A stretch of DNA of 64,000 nucleotides from Octopus sinensis. Lineage: Eukaryota. The notes under the pieces were generated by a model. It was not told where the DNA came from and did no database searches. It saw only the letters and a program-made list of their open reading frames with translations. Below are positions 13,935 through 26,769 of the stretch, in pieces. Where the stretch lies: positions 12,338,001 to 12,402,000 of the forward strand of contig NC_042998.1 in assembly GCF_006345805.1 (NCBI RefSeq), in the 5' to 3' direction. Each line of letters opens with the position of its first letter. Position 1 is the first letter of the stretch. The position numbers and the translations under genes were made by a program.

Positions 13935-14125
13935 TCTTCTTCTTCTTCTTCTTCTTCTTCTTCTTCTTCTTCTTCTTCTTCTTCTTCTTCTTCTTCTTCT
14001 TCTTCTTCTTCTTCTTCTTTCTCTTCTTCTTCTCTTCTTCTTCTTTCTTTCTTCTTCTTCTTCTTCTTCTTCTTCTTCTTCTTCTTCTCTTCTTCTTCTT
14101 CTTCTTCTTCTTCTTCTTCTTCTTC
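13935..14125. repeat. (CTT)n trinucleotide tract
   Basis: Directly visible. Confidence 0.95.
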
Positions 14126-14241
14126 TCGCCTTACCGCCATTATCGTGGTATGTAAATAGATAATCTATGTTAATAAACGTGTTCACTAATTCGCACGTTT
14201 CTTAGTTGTAGGAATATATTCGATGCGCATCAAAGAGAGAG

Positions 14242-14341
14242 NNNNNNNNNNNNNNNNNNNNNNNNNNNNNNNNNNNNNNNNNNNNNNNNNNNNNNNNNNN
14301 NNNNNNNNNNNNNNNNNNNNNNNNNNNNNNNNNNNNNNNNN
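14242..14341. other. Assembly gap (100 N)
   Basis: Run of N. Confidence 1.
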
Positions 14342-15479
14342 TCCAATACTCGGTTCCTTATATGTCTCTCCTTTTTAGTCAACATCTTTAAATCAGATAA
14401 TTCTGTTAACTTAGCACTACAAGGAAAGGACATCAACGTTGTCCACTGTCACGAAAAAAATGACTTCATTTAAAATGAAGCTCCATTTGTGGGATTCTAA
14501 ATTGAATTTTGCACCATTTCCGAACTTCAATACTTTACTTGGTGAAGATGGCCTTCGATTTGGTGCTGACATCCTCAAAATAATGAAACAGTGTCTTAAT
14601 TCTTCACGCTGAAATTCAGTGATACTTCCCAGACCTCAAAAAACGTCGAAAAATTCTTTATTTCAGTACCAATCCCTTTGCAAATTGTGTTGTTGACTTT
14701 CCGTCAGAAGATTACGTCATTCAAGAACAGTTCATCAACTTGCTCAATGATGGAAGTGCATAAAAACACCTTCCATAACATGTGTTGCAGTGAATTCTGG
14801 ATTGAAAACGATGCAGTCTTATTCAGATGTCACCAAACTGGACCTCAATCTCATTGTTTCATTTGCAACAATGTACGAATGTGAGCCAGATTTTGTAACT
14901 CGCAATTAAAATAAAGGCTCGCAATAAACTGGATGTTGTGCGTGAGGGCTGCATTATCAAAAACGCAGCCTATTATTGAAGGACATATTACTGACCAAAC
15001 AAGTTCACACCTCTCACTGAAATTTTAAATTTTATCGGCAAAATTTTATCTCTCGAAAAATTATTTTTGTACAAGGTCATTTTGCTTTATTTGTCTTCTC
15101 TGAGTTTTGCATTTTTGGAGCGGGGTTGGGGCTCCGCGAAGCCCCGAAAAAAAGGGAGGAGATCCGTAGAACGAAAATTATGAAAAAGTATAGATCCAAG
15201 CCATCACTGGAACTGTAAAAATCTGCAAAACTTTCCAGAAGTTTATCATTTAAGTGTATGTGAGCGTTGTTTTGACATGCAGCTATATGCACGTGAATAC
15301 ACACATAAAACAAAGCATAAAAATTTGCACCTACACATACATACATACCTTGTTGACGTTGCCGAAAAATTGCAATGGAGGAGGCTTGGATCTATTGGAA
15401 AGAAATCTTGAAATAAAACTGAATAATGACATGGTGGTTATCTACTTCTTATGCAGCGTTTGATCACCTCCCGTACCTA

Positions 15480-16230
15480 CACCTTAGAATCATCATGGCA
15501 TCTGATGTGGATTTTCAAACCAGACAACATTTTGAAAAGACACCCACATAGATTGTATATCCGATTTGGACGACCAAGACCTGATCTTTGTTAAGTTCTG
15601 ATCTTCGTGGATCTTAAAACGTCTGTTGGGGGCCTCTGTTAGATTTGAAGACCTCATGGCATACATTGCATTGAAAGGTGTGCACAGACATATAGGCAGA
15701 ATAGTTTGGTGGAGGTTCGTTTTCTATGGGTTCGCAAATGAGATTTGAGCCCAGCAAAAGAAAGGCATGATCTGTCTCAAACTGTGCCTACAAAACAATC
15801 ATTGTCATTCACCTTCTCTAAATCTCTCTTGAGTCTTGCATGCGTTATCCTGGTCTCTTAAAAAGCTTTCACTCCACTCCACACTTCTGTTCGCCATCCA
15901 ACTCGATCAGAAGCAAGGGTTTCTATGTCCTCTGGACCTATTCCAATGACTTTATGGTAGTCCTTATGCCTTATGTAGTCTTTGTTGTAGTCCTTAAACC
16001 TTTTTTGTGGGGTTTATACCGATAGCATTTCCTTTCTGCAAACTCACCACAAAACAGCTGTTTGGGTGTGCGTTCATCCGCCATTCGAATAGTATGGCCA
16101 CACCATCTCATTTGGTTTTTCAAAATCATTGCCTTAAATGAGGTGATGCCTGAGACGCAAGGACATCTGTGTTTGGAGTAAAAGAATTCCATTTAATGTT
16201 TAAAATGGGATCAAGGCATTTTTGGTGGAA
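15480..16230 (-). mobile_element. RTE-clade LINE 3' fragment
   Basis: QMRWCGHTIRMADERTPKQLFCGE motif, followed by the C2H2-like end DRSCLSFAGLKSHLRTH. Confidence 0.75.
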
Positions 16231-16610
16231 TTGTTCAAACAATTTGAAATGTATTGTTTTCTTCTCTTTTACTATATACACTCATATATAGATAACAAAG
16301 CAAAGCAAAAACATACCCTCCCAGATTTGAATAAATACATACATACATTCTTACATACACACATACATTAAACAAACATACAATCTGCACATGCACTGAC
16401 TCCAAGTACTGCACATATACATAGAAGCAAATACTGCACATATACATAGAAGCATGCAAAAATACCCTGTTGATGTAGTTGAAATTTCAATGACGGAGCT
16501 TTGGTTCTAGGTTAGAAACAGGCTCATTCCCTATTGGCAAGAAATTTTGAAATAAAACCGAATAATAACATACATACATACACACATACATACATACATA
16601 TACATACACA

Positions 16611-16666
<56 letters not shown>

Positions 16667-16671
16667 TATTA

Positions 16672-16758
16672 AATAGTTATCGCCATACTAATATGACAGT
16701 CTATAAATAAGACTAAAGCTTATTTATAGACTGCCATATTAGTATGGCGATAACTATT
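16672..16758. other. Near-perfect hairpin: 40-bp arms, 7-nt loop
   Basis: 16672-16711 is the reverse complement of 16719-16758 with one mismatch. Confidence 0.95.
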
Positions 16759-16906
16759 AATATCCAGTAACGCTGCCGTAATCTCCTTTAGAGAGACTTA
16801 GTAATTTTAATATTTCTATTATATATATATATATATGAAAATAATAATGCAATACAAATGTATTACTTTCCAGTAAAGGATAGCCCCATAAGGGTAAAAT
16901 TATACA

Positions 16907-17307
16907 TATAAAAGTAGATAAATGGTACAACAAGGCACCAATATTTACTGGAAAATAGCAATCGATACAAATACGACGATATTGTAAAGCTTCACTGCGT
17001 ATATACAAGCAAAGACGTGTGTGTGCAACAAACACGAAAAAAATTTGTCTTACCTCTAGGAAGAACATTCTTGTGTTTAAATGTAGTTGAAGAGTTAGAA
17101 ACCGGTCCTTCATTACCCGATTCTAGGTTGTCCATATATCGAATGTTCTTCCTAGAGGTAAAACAAATTGTTTTCATGTTTGTTGCATACACACACACGT
17201 CTTTGCTTGTATATACGCAGTGAAGCTATACAACAGGGTCGTATTTGTATCGAATGCTATATTCCAGTAAATATTGGAGACTTGTTGTACCATTTATCTA
17301 CTTTTAT

Positions 17308-17308
<1 letters not shown>
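16907..17308. mobile_element. Fold-back/MITE-like element with ~165-bp inverted arms and a 70-nt spacer
   Basis: 16907-17070 and 17141-17308 are inverted copies with scattered mismatches; both ends are TATA. Confidence 0.7.
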
Positions 17309-17343
<35 letters not shown>

Positions 17344-17536
17344 TATATATATAATTATATATATACGTAAATTATATAGGATGGCGAATATGATTTTAGC
17401 ATTTCGAAGATCGGTTCGGCATCTTTCATATACTGCCAACTAAAACTGCGCTTGCGCAGTGAATTTTGAAAAATTCTAACATATAGTGAAGAGACACGTG
17501 TTATTTGTCTCTATATTATATGTTAATTGTTAAGGC

Positions 17537-17609
17537 ACGGTTACTGATGAGGATTCGCCTAGCAAATTATTTTATTTGCTGAAGAAATCTGAAACCTATG
17601 TATAACCGT
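17537..17609 (+). ncRNA. Type-I hammerhead ribozyme motif
   Basis: Stem I ACGGTTA/TAACCGT; core CTGATGA; stem II GGATT/AATCT extended by AGCAAAT/ATTTGCT; GAAA; minimal stem III C-ctat-G; GUA triplet with predicted cleavage after 17602. Confidence 0.75.
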
Positions 17610-17779
17610 AATAAAAAAATAACAAGGTAAAAGTTTTTATTTTTCATTCCCTTCGAAAAGTGCTCTTAAATGTGGTTTTGGTCGTTTTTGACTGGTTCTT
17701 CTAGCGTGTAAAAATTACCTGTTAGGTAGTTTTCTCTTGTGTTCAAATGTTACACTATTTTATATTGAGCATATATATA

Positions 17780-17826
<47 letters not shown>

Positions 17827-17849
17827 TTCACACACACACACATACACAA

Positions 17850-17916
<67 letters not shown>

Positions 17917-17994
17917 TCAAAATGTGACCTCGTGTGTAGCGTTGGCGATTTTTTTCCCTCTGTCTTCCCTTCTCTGGATATTTCCTTCTCCTAT

Positions 17995-18029
17995 GTTTCC
18001 GACGAAGAGCTCCGCTCGAAACGTTGAAC
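17995..18029 (+). ncRNA. Small hammerhead-like variant (Penelope-type), probably decayed
   Basis: GTTT-CCGACGA-A-GAGC-tcc-GCTC-GAAA-CGTT-GAAC. U4 is changed to C, stem III is the palindrome ACGT, and position 17 is U. Confidence 0.5.
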
Positions 18030-18126
18030 CCTCCTTCTTTCCTTCTTTCCTGAGCGTCCAATAATACTATATTTGTTCCACGTCCTCGCGTTGTTGTGTT
18101 TTTTGTGCTTTCTTGTTTGGATTAAC

Positions 18127-18157
<31 letters not shown>

Positions 18158-18648
18158 TATATATACATACATACATATGTGCATGTGTGAGTATATATAT
18201 ATATATATGTATACAGATATCAGGTGGACAACATGACAGGCTTCAAGTAGACAAATATTGAAAAGATGGTGGACAAACTAATCGCATAAAAAATCGACAT
18301 ATAATTTTTTAGTTGAGAATTGTGGGGAGAAAAGAAGGAAAGAAGACGTCTATTGACGTATCGGGTGAACCCTTAATAAAAGTAGGGCAAGAAAGAAATT
18401 AAAAAAGAAAAGATACGAGGAGAAACGGTTCCTATTTAAAGGACTAGTATATCTTCCGACTCTATATTAAAAAGGATGCATGTGTGTGTGTGTTTATATA
18501 TATGTAAATATGCTTGTATGCATGTATGTGTGTGCGTGTGGGTGTGTGTATATGCGTGTGTATATGTGTGCAAATATGTATGCATGTGTGTTCGTATCTG
18601 TGTATGTATGCATGTATATATATATCTATGCATGTATATATATATATG

Positions 18649-18679
<31 letters not shown>

Positions 18680-19222
18680 TATATATATATATATATATAT
18701 TATATATATTATATATATATATTATATATATATATATATTTATATACACGTATGTATATATACATATATATTCCCACGCACGTACAACATGCATAAACTC
18801 ATTCTTATACATACATTCACACATATTCCGTTATGTCTATTGGCGTGGGCACACCTCTGTCTTTCACCATATACACATATTTTGAAAACCAATATATTTC
18901 TAAATTATATGAAACATTTCTCCGAAAGGGACTTCAAGAAACCAAAGTTAGAAACAAAATTTTTCGACAGCTTGTCATTCTAATGTTATTAAAATATTGT
19001 TGTATATTAAAAAAATATCATTTTTCACGTGAAATATTAACATAAAACAAGGAAACAATGTAACAACTCGCGGCAATAAACACAGGCGTAACTTGATATA
19101 TCTCAGACAGAGAACGCTTTTGGCCGGCTTTTTTTTCCTTCATATTTTAAAATCTTACAGATTTCACGGCCTATTCTCTTGTGAGTATTAGAAAGTGCAT
19201 ACATACGTAGATACACACATAC

Positions 19223-19253
<31 letters not shown>

Positions 19254-19623
19254 CATAATACATACATACATACGTAGATACATACATACATATATACATA
19301 CATATAAATCATACACACACACATACGTACATACGCGCACATATATATCTACTTTCTCAGCCATTTCTCTCTCTCTCTCTGTCTTTCTCTCTCGCTCTGT
19401 CTACTTGTGTCTGTCTGTCTGACTGTCTGTCTGTCTGTCTGTCTTTATGCTTGCATGTATGCACGCATATATTCCTATATCTGTGAATAAATATAGTGAA
19501 TATTTCTCTTCTGCTAACATATATTCCGTCAATCTTTATTTGCTTAAACACATCCCCAACATATACAAATACAAAGTTAGAAATACAGTATATACATATA
19601 TATATATATATACTGTATTTCTA

Positions 19624-19669
<46 letters not shown>

Positions 19670-20164
19670 GTGCATACATACATAGACACAGACGCATATA
19701 TATATACATATATATATATTGCATATTCGCATACAAATACATCCAGCCATCCATCCTTATACACACACACACGAGCGTGCACACAGAGACGTGTGTGATG
19801 CCGGAGTACGTGGGCGTTTGTGTTTCTTTCGAACCGTATTCTTTTCCTCTTATCATGCAATCTTTGACAACTTAATGCGTTCAGGTTTAGAGGAATTCTT
19901 GATAAGTTCCAGTATTTGTATTATATGCACGTTAGCTTCTGAAAGATTCGTTCAGCATGCCTGGATGAACATGTCTTAAATCAGAAAATGTATTCGAAAT
20001 TACGTATTTATGTTACTTTTAAGATGCTTCGTGTGAGATCTGAATTTGACTAAAATAAGCAAAACATTATAATTCTTATTTTTTGAATTAGATCTGTCTC
20101 TTTGGAACCCCAGTGCATAGTAAGAGGTTTTACATTATAGATATGCTGTCTGTGCGTGTATATG

Positions 20165-20167
20165 TAC

Positions 20168-20239
<72 letters not shown>

Positions 20240-20286
20240 TATATATATGTATATATATAATATATATATATATATGTATACATATG

Positions 20287-20318
<32 letters not shown>

Positions 20319-20404
20319 ATATGTATATATATGTATTATGTATATATATGTATATATCTATATATATATATGTATATATATATATATGTATATTATATAT
20401 ATGA

Positions 20405-20437
<33 letters not shown>

Positions 20438-20449
20438 TATATATATATG

Positions 20450-20502
<53 letters not shown>
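20165..20502. repeat. Long degenerate (TA)n
   Basis: Directly visible. Confidence 0.95.
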
Positions 20503-22361
20503 GCAGGGTCACTGTCTCCACTCTAGGCCCTCTAATTGACGAAACTGGCACTCTCCAAGATAATGCCAAATCCATGGCCGAGATACTGCAGAAACAATAC
20601 TGCTCTGTTTTCAGCAATCCTGATATGGCCGATCTGGGCTGTATCAGTGATGTCAACCCCCAACACACTATATCGGACATAACGTTTAGTGCCCCTGATG
20701 TCTTAGCGGCGATAAACGAAATAAAACACAATTCAGCAGTAGGCCCCGATAGGTTCCCTGCTTGTGTCCTGAAGGTGTGTCGACACAAACTTGCATCTCC
20801 CCTTGCTAATCTGTGGAGAAACTCACTGGATGCTGGCTATATTCCAAAAAACCTTCTGTCCCAGTCTGGTTGTCCCAGTTTTCAAAAGGGGAGACAAGTC
20901 CCTTGCAGTGAATTACCGTCCGATCTCACTCACCTCTCATATCATCAAGGTATTTGAGGGGTGGTGAGATCTCGAATAACCCAATTTCTGGAAAGCAACA
21001 GACGGCTGATCTCCAACCAACATGGGTTCCGTAATGGAAGGGACTGCCTAACGCAGCTCCTGCATCACTTTGAGGACATTTTGAGAGCTTTGGGAGAGGG
21101 CTCCAACACCGATGTCATCTACCTTGATTCAGTATGGCCTTCGACAGGGTCAATCACAAGATCCTATTGAAAAAACTATCCAACATTGGTGTCTCTGGAA
21201 AGTACTGAAATGGATCAAGTGTTTCCTGACAGACAGATCTCAACATGTTGTAGTTGAAGGGGTAAAATCAAGCCCAGCCAAAGTCAGTAGTGGCGTTCCG
21301 CAAGGCACTGTGCTGGGCCCACTTCTTTTCATCATTTACATTATGACATTAATGACATCATCAAGCACAGCAACATAAAAATCTTTGCAGATGACTCCAA
21401 GCTACAGAAGATCATAAATGAGGCGAGTGACCGGACATGCCTTCAGTCAGATCTACTGGCTGTTATCCAATGGGCAGAAAAAAACAATATGCTGCTGAAC
21501 GAGGATAAATTTGAGCTAATCCACTTTGGAAAAGAGGATGCCCTGAAACTCCCATACTCCCTTCCTTCAGGTGAAACTCTCGCGGCGTCCAACAACATCA
21601 GAGACTTGGGAGTAATTGTGGACAACAACGTAAGCTGGGCCACTCATATAAACACCAAAGTTGACATGGCCCGCAGAATGTGTTCCTGGATTCTCAGAAC
21701 TTTCCAGTCGAGAGATATCCACACCATTATCCTTCTCTTCTCCACTTTTGTCCGACCCCACCTTGAATACTGTTGTCCACTGTGGTCTCCCCACACAATA
21801 CAAGGTATCATAAAAGTTGAAGCACCTCAAAGGGCAATCACAAAAAAGATAGATGGCATGACAGGCCTCGACTATTGGGGGTCGACTAGAAAAGCTAAAA
21901 CTCTATTCTCTCCAACGTCGTCGTGAGCGCTACATCATCTGCATGATGTGGAAAATATTCCATCAGCATTGCCCAAATGATGTTGGCATCACCTTTAAGG
22001 TACATCCAAGGCTTGGGCCCCGTGCCATCCGCCCAAAACAAAAATCGCACTCTCATCTCACAAACAATACGGCACAATTATTTCACCTCAATTGGCCCCG
22101 CTCTCTTTAACATTCACCAAAAACACATTAAAACAGAAACTGACCTATAGGGTTCAAGAAGTCTTTGGACAGATTCCTTCAAGAAATCCCGGATAAAACC
22201 CCTACACCCGGATATGTCTCTGTAAACAATAACTCTCTACTTGAGTGGGCCATAGTGCCCAAATTCTGACTTGAAAGACTTCACCAGGTGGTGCTATTAA
22301 GTTAGACATAGCCTGGGCCAATAATGGCCGAAACCTATCAAAGTATCAAAGTATCAAAGTA
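20503..22361 (+). mobile_element. 5'-truncated CR1-type LINE, frameshifted
   Basis: [63 protein letters not shown] and VRPHLEYCCPLWSP; tail (TATCAAAG)3; (TA)n on both sides. Confidence 0.9.
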
Positions 22362-22405
22362 TATATGATTATAATATATATATATATATAATATATATAT
22401 TATAT

Positions 22406-22447
<42 letters not shown>

Positions 22448-22472
22448 ATAATATATTCATATATACTTATAT

Positions 22473-22503
<31 letters not shown>

Positions 22504-22607
22504 TACATGTATATATATATGTATATATAAGTATATATGTAATATATATATGTATATATATGTATATATATATATATATATACATACAAACCACACACAC
22601 ACACACG

Positions 22608-22660
<53 letters not shown>

Positions 22661-22689
22661 TATACATTATATATATGTATGTATATGGT

Positions 22690-22900
22690 AAGGCAACAAA
22701 AAAATGAAAGAGACATCGATATTATATAAATAGAAGAATTTATCTGTAAATATAATATGTGACAGTTATTCGGTGGCCATGATAAAACTCCGAGTTTCGG
22801 ATGTCGGGGCTGAAACCCACACCGCCCGATAACTGAAGAGATGGACATAAGCCTTCTTCCACGAAAAGATAGCTTAAACTGTGCTCTAAATGGAGGTGTA
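22690..22900. mobile_element. Penelope-like terminal-repeat remnant containing a local inversion
   Basis: Hammerhead halves lie on opposite strands (see findings). Confidence 0.35.
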
Positions 22901-23957
22901 GTAAAATCCTATTTTATGGACTCAACTATGTTCTGAAATAAGTCGAAATGTAAGCTACTATAAATCGACACGAACTTTCCAGACAACCAACCCAATATAT
23001 TGTAAATACAATACTCAGCCATGTATCGGGGCCTCAAATAGTTATAAGTAGTGCTAATCTAGATATAAATATTACTTGTATAACTAGGAGTAATACTACT
23101 ACATTTACTCCAAATAGTAATCTATCTCTTGGTAATAACCAAAGCAATACAGTCGGTGATAAACTGAATAAGATGCAGGATTGTTACCGAATTAATCAAT
23201 GCAACTATGATACCTGTTATTTTAATTTGCGATGATGTTCTTCACAATTAATACTGACCAATCGACACCATTTTTGGCATGCAATAAAAGAGTTCCCACT
23301 AGAACATAAATAAAGTCAGATATTGATATTCACTACCTGTACAGTTAACCTGTCCTACTCGACGGCAGGTAATTTAGCTGATAATTTTGCTGCTTCTAAT
23401 AACTTTCTTCATAATGATTTTCATAATAAAACTTTATCTTAGCCCTGATAATAGCTCTGGAAATCATTCCAATAGATATATGCCAAATTAGTGGCTCTGC
23501 ATGCTAAACATTTATACGTAAGTCAATATAGCTATAGGGATATTAGTAATATAGACATAATTGATAACTACGATCAAACATACAAGTAAATATAATAGAA
23601 CCTAACAAATCAGTTATAGCGCAGAAGGACAAATCTACTAAATTAAGATCACATGGCGTGTAACTGTAGGATCGTTAAGGAATTTCCTCTAAACTGAAAT
23701 TTTATTAAGGAACATCTGTATCTTAACGATGTAGTGGACTCACTCTCAATGATACTTAGCATTATATATAGGATCTATCACAAATTATTTTAAAATTAGG
23801 TATTCTATTCACAAATATTTTTTCAAATTTTATATTTATGAATTAAACATCATTTTCTGAACGAGTACAGAGTTTATATTATAAAACTCGATTAAGTTGT
23901 TAAGTATGTAAAATTCAACTCGTGAAATATTACAAGTATTATTTTACAAATATTATA

Positions 23958-24360
23958 GGCGTAGGAGTGGCTGTGTGGTAAGAAGATCGCTTACGAACAA
24001 CATGGTTCAGGGTTCAGTCCCACTGCGTGGCGTCTTGGGCAAGTGTCTTCTACTATAGCCTCGGGCCGACCATAGCCTTATGGATTTGGTAGACGGAAAC
24101 TGAAAGAAGCCCGTCGTATATATGTATATATATATTTATGTGTATATGTTTGTGTGTCTATGCTTGACCCCCAACATCGCTTGACAATCGATGCTGGTGT
24201 GTTTACGTTCCCGTAACTTAGCGGTTCGACAAAAGTGCCCAATATAATAAGTACTAGGCTTACAAAGAATAAGTCCTGGGGTCTATTTGCTCGACTGAAG
24301 GCGGTGCTCCAGCATGGCAACAGTCACATGACTGAAACAAGTAAAAGAGTAAAAGAGTAA
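23958..24360 (+). mobile_element. SINE family B copy
   Basis: Same head, body and tail as 5291-5712, with a shorter internal microsatellite. Confidence 0.9.
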
Positions 24361-24443
24361 GTATATAAAGATTTATGGAACAAAAATAATGAACTATTAA
24401 GTATGATCTGTAGTGCTCTAATATATATATTTATACATATATA

Positions 24444-24495
24444 GTAGGAGCACCCCGTCGGTTACGACGACGAGGACCCCAGCTGATACGATCAG
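24444..24495 (-). mobile_element. 3' fragment of SINE family C
   Basis: Reverse complement matches 25729-25778. Confidence 0.8.
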
Positions 24496-24499
24496 CTAC

Positions 24500-24550
<51 letters not shown>

Positions 24551-25145
24551 GCACTAGAGATCAGTGCCCTCTTAACGTTCAGACACACTGGGCGGTTGCC
24601 CAAGAATTCACGAGTCTGGGAGCACAATTCAGATCTATATATGCTTCGCTTAGCTGCCAATAAGTATATACTACAGGACCCAGTCCACCAGTTTACAAGA
24701 GGCCTACAATGCTGTTAATACGACTCGGCTAAGGATAGCGGTTAAGTGTTATGTGTTAAGTATTAAATTTAACATATTACAGTACACACCGCTTTTATAG
24801 AATTCATAGTGAAAAAAGCTCAAACAGGATCCTTCTGATTACCGCTTCTAACTCTTATACTTCTCATCGCGTATTACTCATGCTACTCGCATTTCCTGTA
24901 TATGAGGTTATATTTATTGCAATACATGTCCAGGAAAATAAACTTACTAGGAAATTATGATTTATGGGAATACATTCGTAATTATGCGTATATTTACGAT
25001 CATTGTTTTTACCACATTGTTTATTTCAATACAGGTTACATATGTATGTTTTTGTGTACGGTCGTTCATTTTGTCTGCTGGACTGTGTAATGTAATTACC
25101 TATAAGTCCCGTTATATGTGTAGTTCTGCACTCACACGAATTTAA

Positions 25146-25181
<36 letters not shown>

Positions 25182-25182
<1 letters not shown>

Positions 25183-25231
25183 GCTATTAAGTTAGACATG
25201 GCTTAGACCAATCTTTGGTCGAAACGTCTAA

Positions 25232-25236
<5 letters not shown>
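25182..25236 (+). mobile_element. ~55-bp 3'-terminal fragment of a CR1-related element inside (TA)n
   Basis: TGCTATTAAGTTAGACAT...CGAAAC is shared with 22292-22334. Confidence 0.7.
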
Positions 25237-25307
<71 letters not shown>

Positions 25308-25338
25308 GTATATATGTATATATATGTATATATATATG

Positions 25339-25383
<45 letters not shown>

Positions 25384-25398
25384 ATATTATATATATAT

Positions 25399-25429
<31 letters not shown>

Positions 25430-25457
25430 TATATATACATATATATGTATGTATATA

Positions 25458-25778
25458 GGCGTGGCTTAGTGGTTAAGGCATTCGGCTCACGATTGTAAGT
25501 TCGTGAATTCAATTCCCGGCGGCGCGTTGTATCCTTGAGCAAGACACTTTTTTTCACGTTGCTCCAATACACTCAGCTGGCAAAAATGAGATGAACCTGT
25601 ATTTCAAAGGGCCAGCCTTGTCACATTCTATATCACGCTGAATCTCCCTGAGAACTACGTTAGGGGTACACGCGTCTGTGGATTGCTCAGTCACGTGCTC
25701 GTTAATTTCACGAGCAGGCTGTTCCGTTGATCGTAGCAGCTGGGACCCTCATCGTCGTAACCGACGGAGTGCTCCTAC
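25458..25778 (+). mobile_element. tRNA-derived SINE family C
   Basis: A-box-like GTGGCTTAGTGG, B-box-like AATTCAATTCC, and body CCTTGAGCAAGACAC...CTCAGCTGGCAAAAATGAG. Confidence 0.8.
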
Positions 25779-25804
25779 TATATGTATATGTATATACATA
25801 CATA

Positions 25805-25884
<80 letters not shown>

Positions 25885-25892
25885 TATATATA

Positions 25893-26153
25893 TATACATG
25901 TATGTATATATATACACGGAGATACACATTATATATACGTATATATATACATAGCACACGTACAATAGATACACACATTCATGCATAAACACACCCACAT
26001 ACTATATAATATATATATATATATAATATATATATATATATAATACATGTATGTATATATATACACGGAGATACACATTTATATATACGTATATATATAC
26101 ATAGCACACGTACCATAGATACACACATTCATGCATAAACACACCCACATACT
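25893..26153. repeat. Tandem duplication of a ~110-bp low-complexity unit
   Basis: ACACGGAGATACAC...CACACCCACATACT occurs twice, about 150 bp apart. Confidence 0.85.
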
Positions 26154-26185
<32 letters not shown>

Positions 26186-26714
26186 TATGTGTGTGTATGC
26201 GCACACACACGCACACAGAACACACACACATACACACATATATAGGTAGATAGGAATGTATAGAGAGAGTGAAAGTGTGAGAAAAGTGAGAAAGAAGGAG
26301 AGAAACAGAGAGACAGAGTACGTCTACATCTATTTGTATGTGTGTCGCATGTAAATATACAAGCGTATGTTAGTGTTTATGAGTGTTTGTAATCAAATAT
26401 TGTGTATGTGTGTAAATGGACCAAACTAAATTAATGCTTATGCTTGTATATTTGATCATGTAGATTATTGTTTAATGCCACGAGGTCATTGTACGCATAA
26501 GTCTGTACTACTGAACATATATATATATACAATGTAAATAACAATCAGTTTCAATATGTGTTTATTTATCAACACCTTCGTATATTTCTCGCAGGATAAG
26601 TTTAAATTTATATATCCGTGACCATCTATATCTAAACATTTGTCTCTGCTTGTCGCTGTGTCTATACATGTGTCTATAAATGTGTGTATAAATATATATA
26701 TGTGTGTGTGTGTA

Positions 26715-26768
<54 letters not shown>

Positions 26769-26769
<1 letters not shown>

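Noticed and set aside
14342-14960. Possible transposase remnant beside the gap
   Set aside because: Only a vague PSSP-like motif; no catalytic motifs or TIRs could be confirmed.
22900-23950. Possible decayed Penelope RT on the + strand
   Set aside because: Similarity is too faint to support by eye; it needs a profile search.
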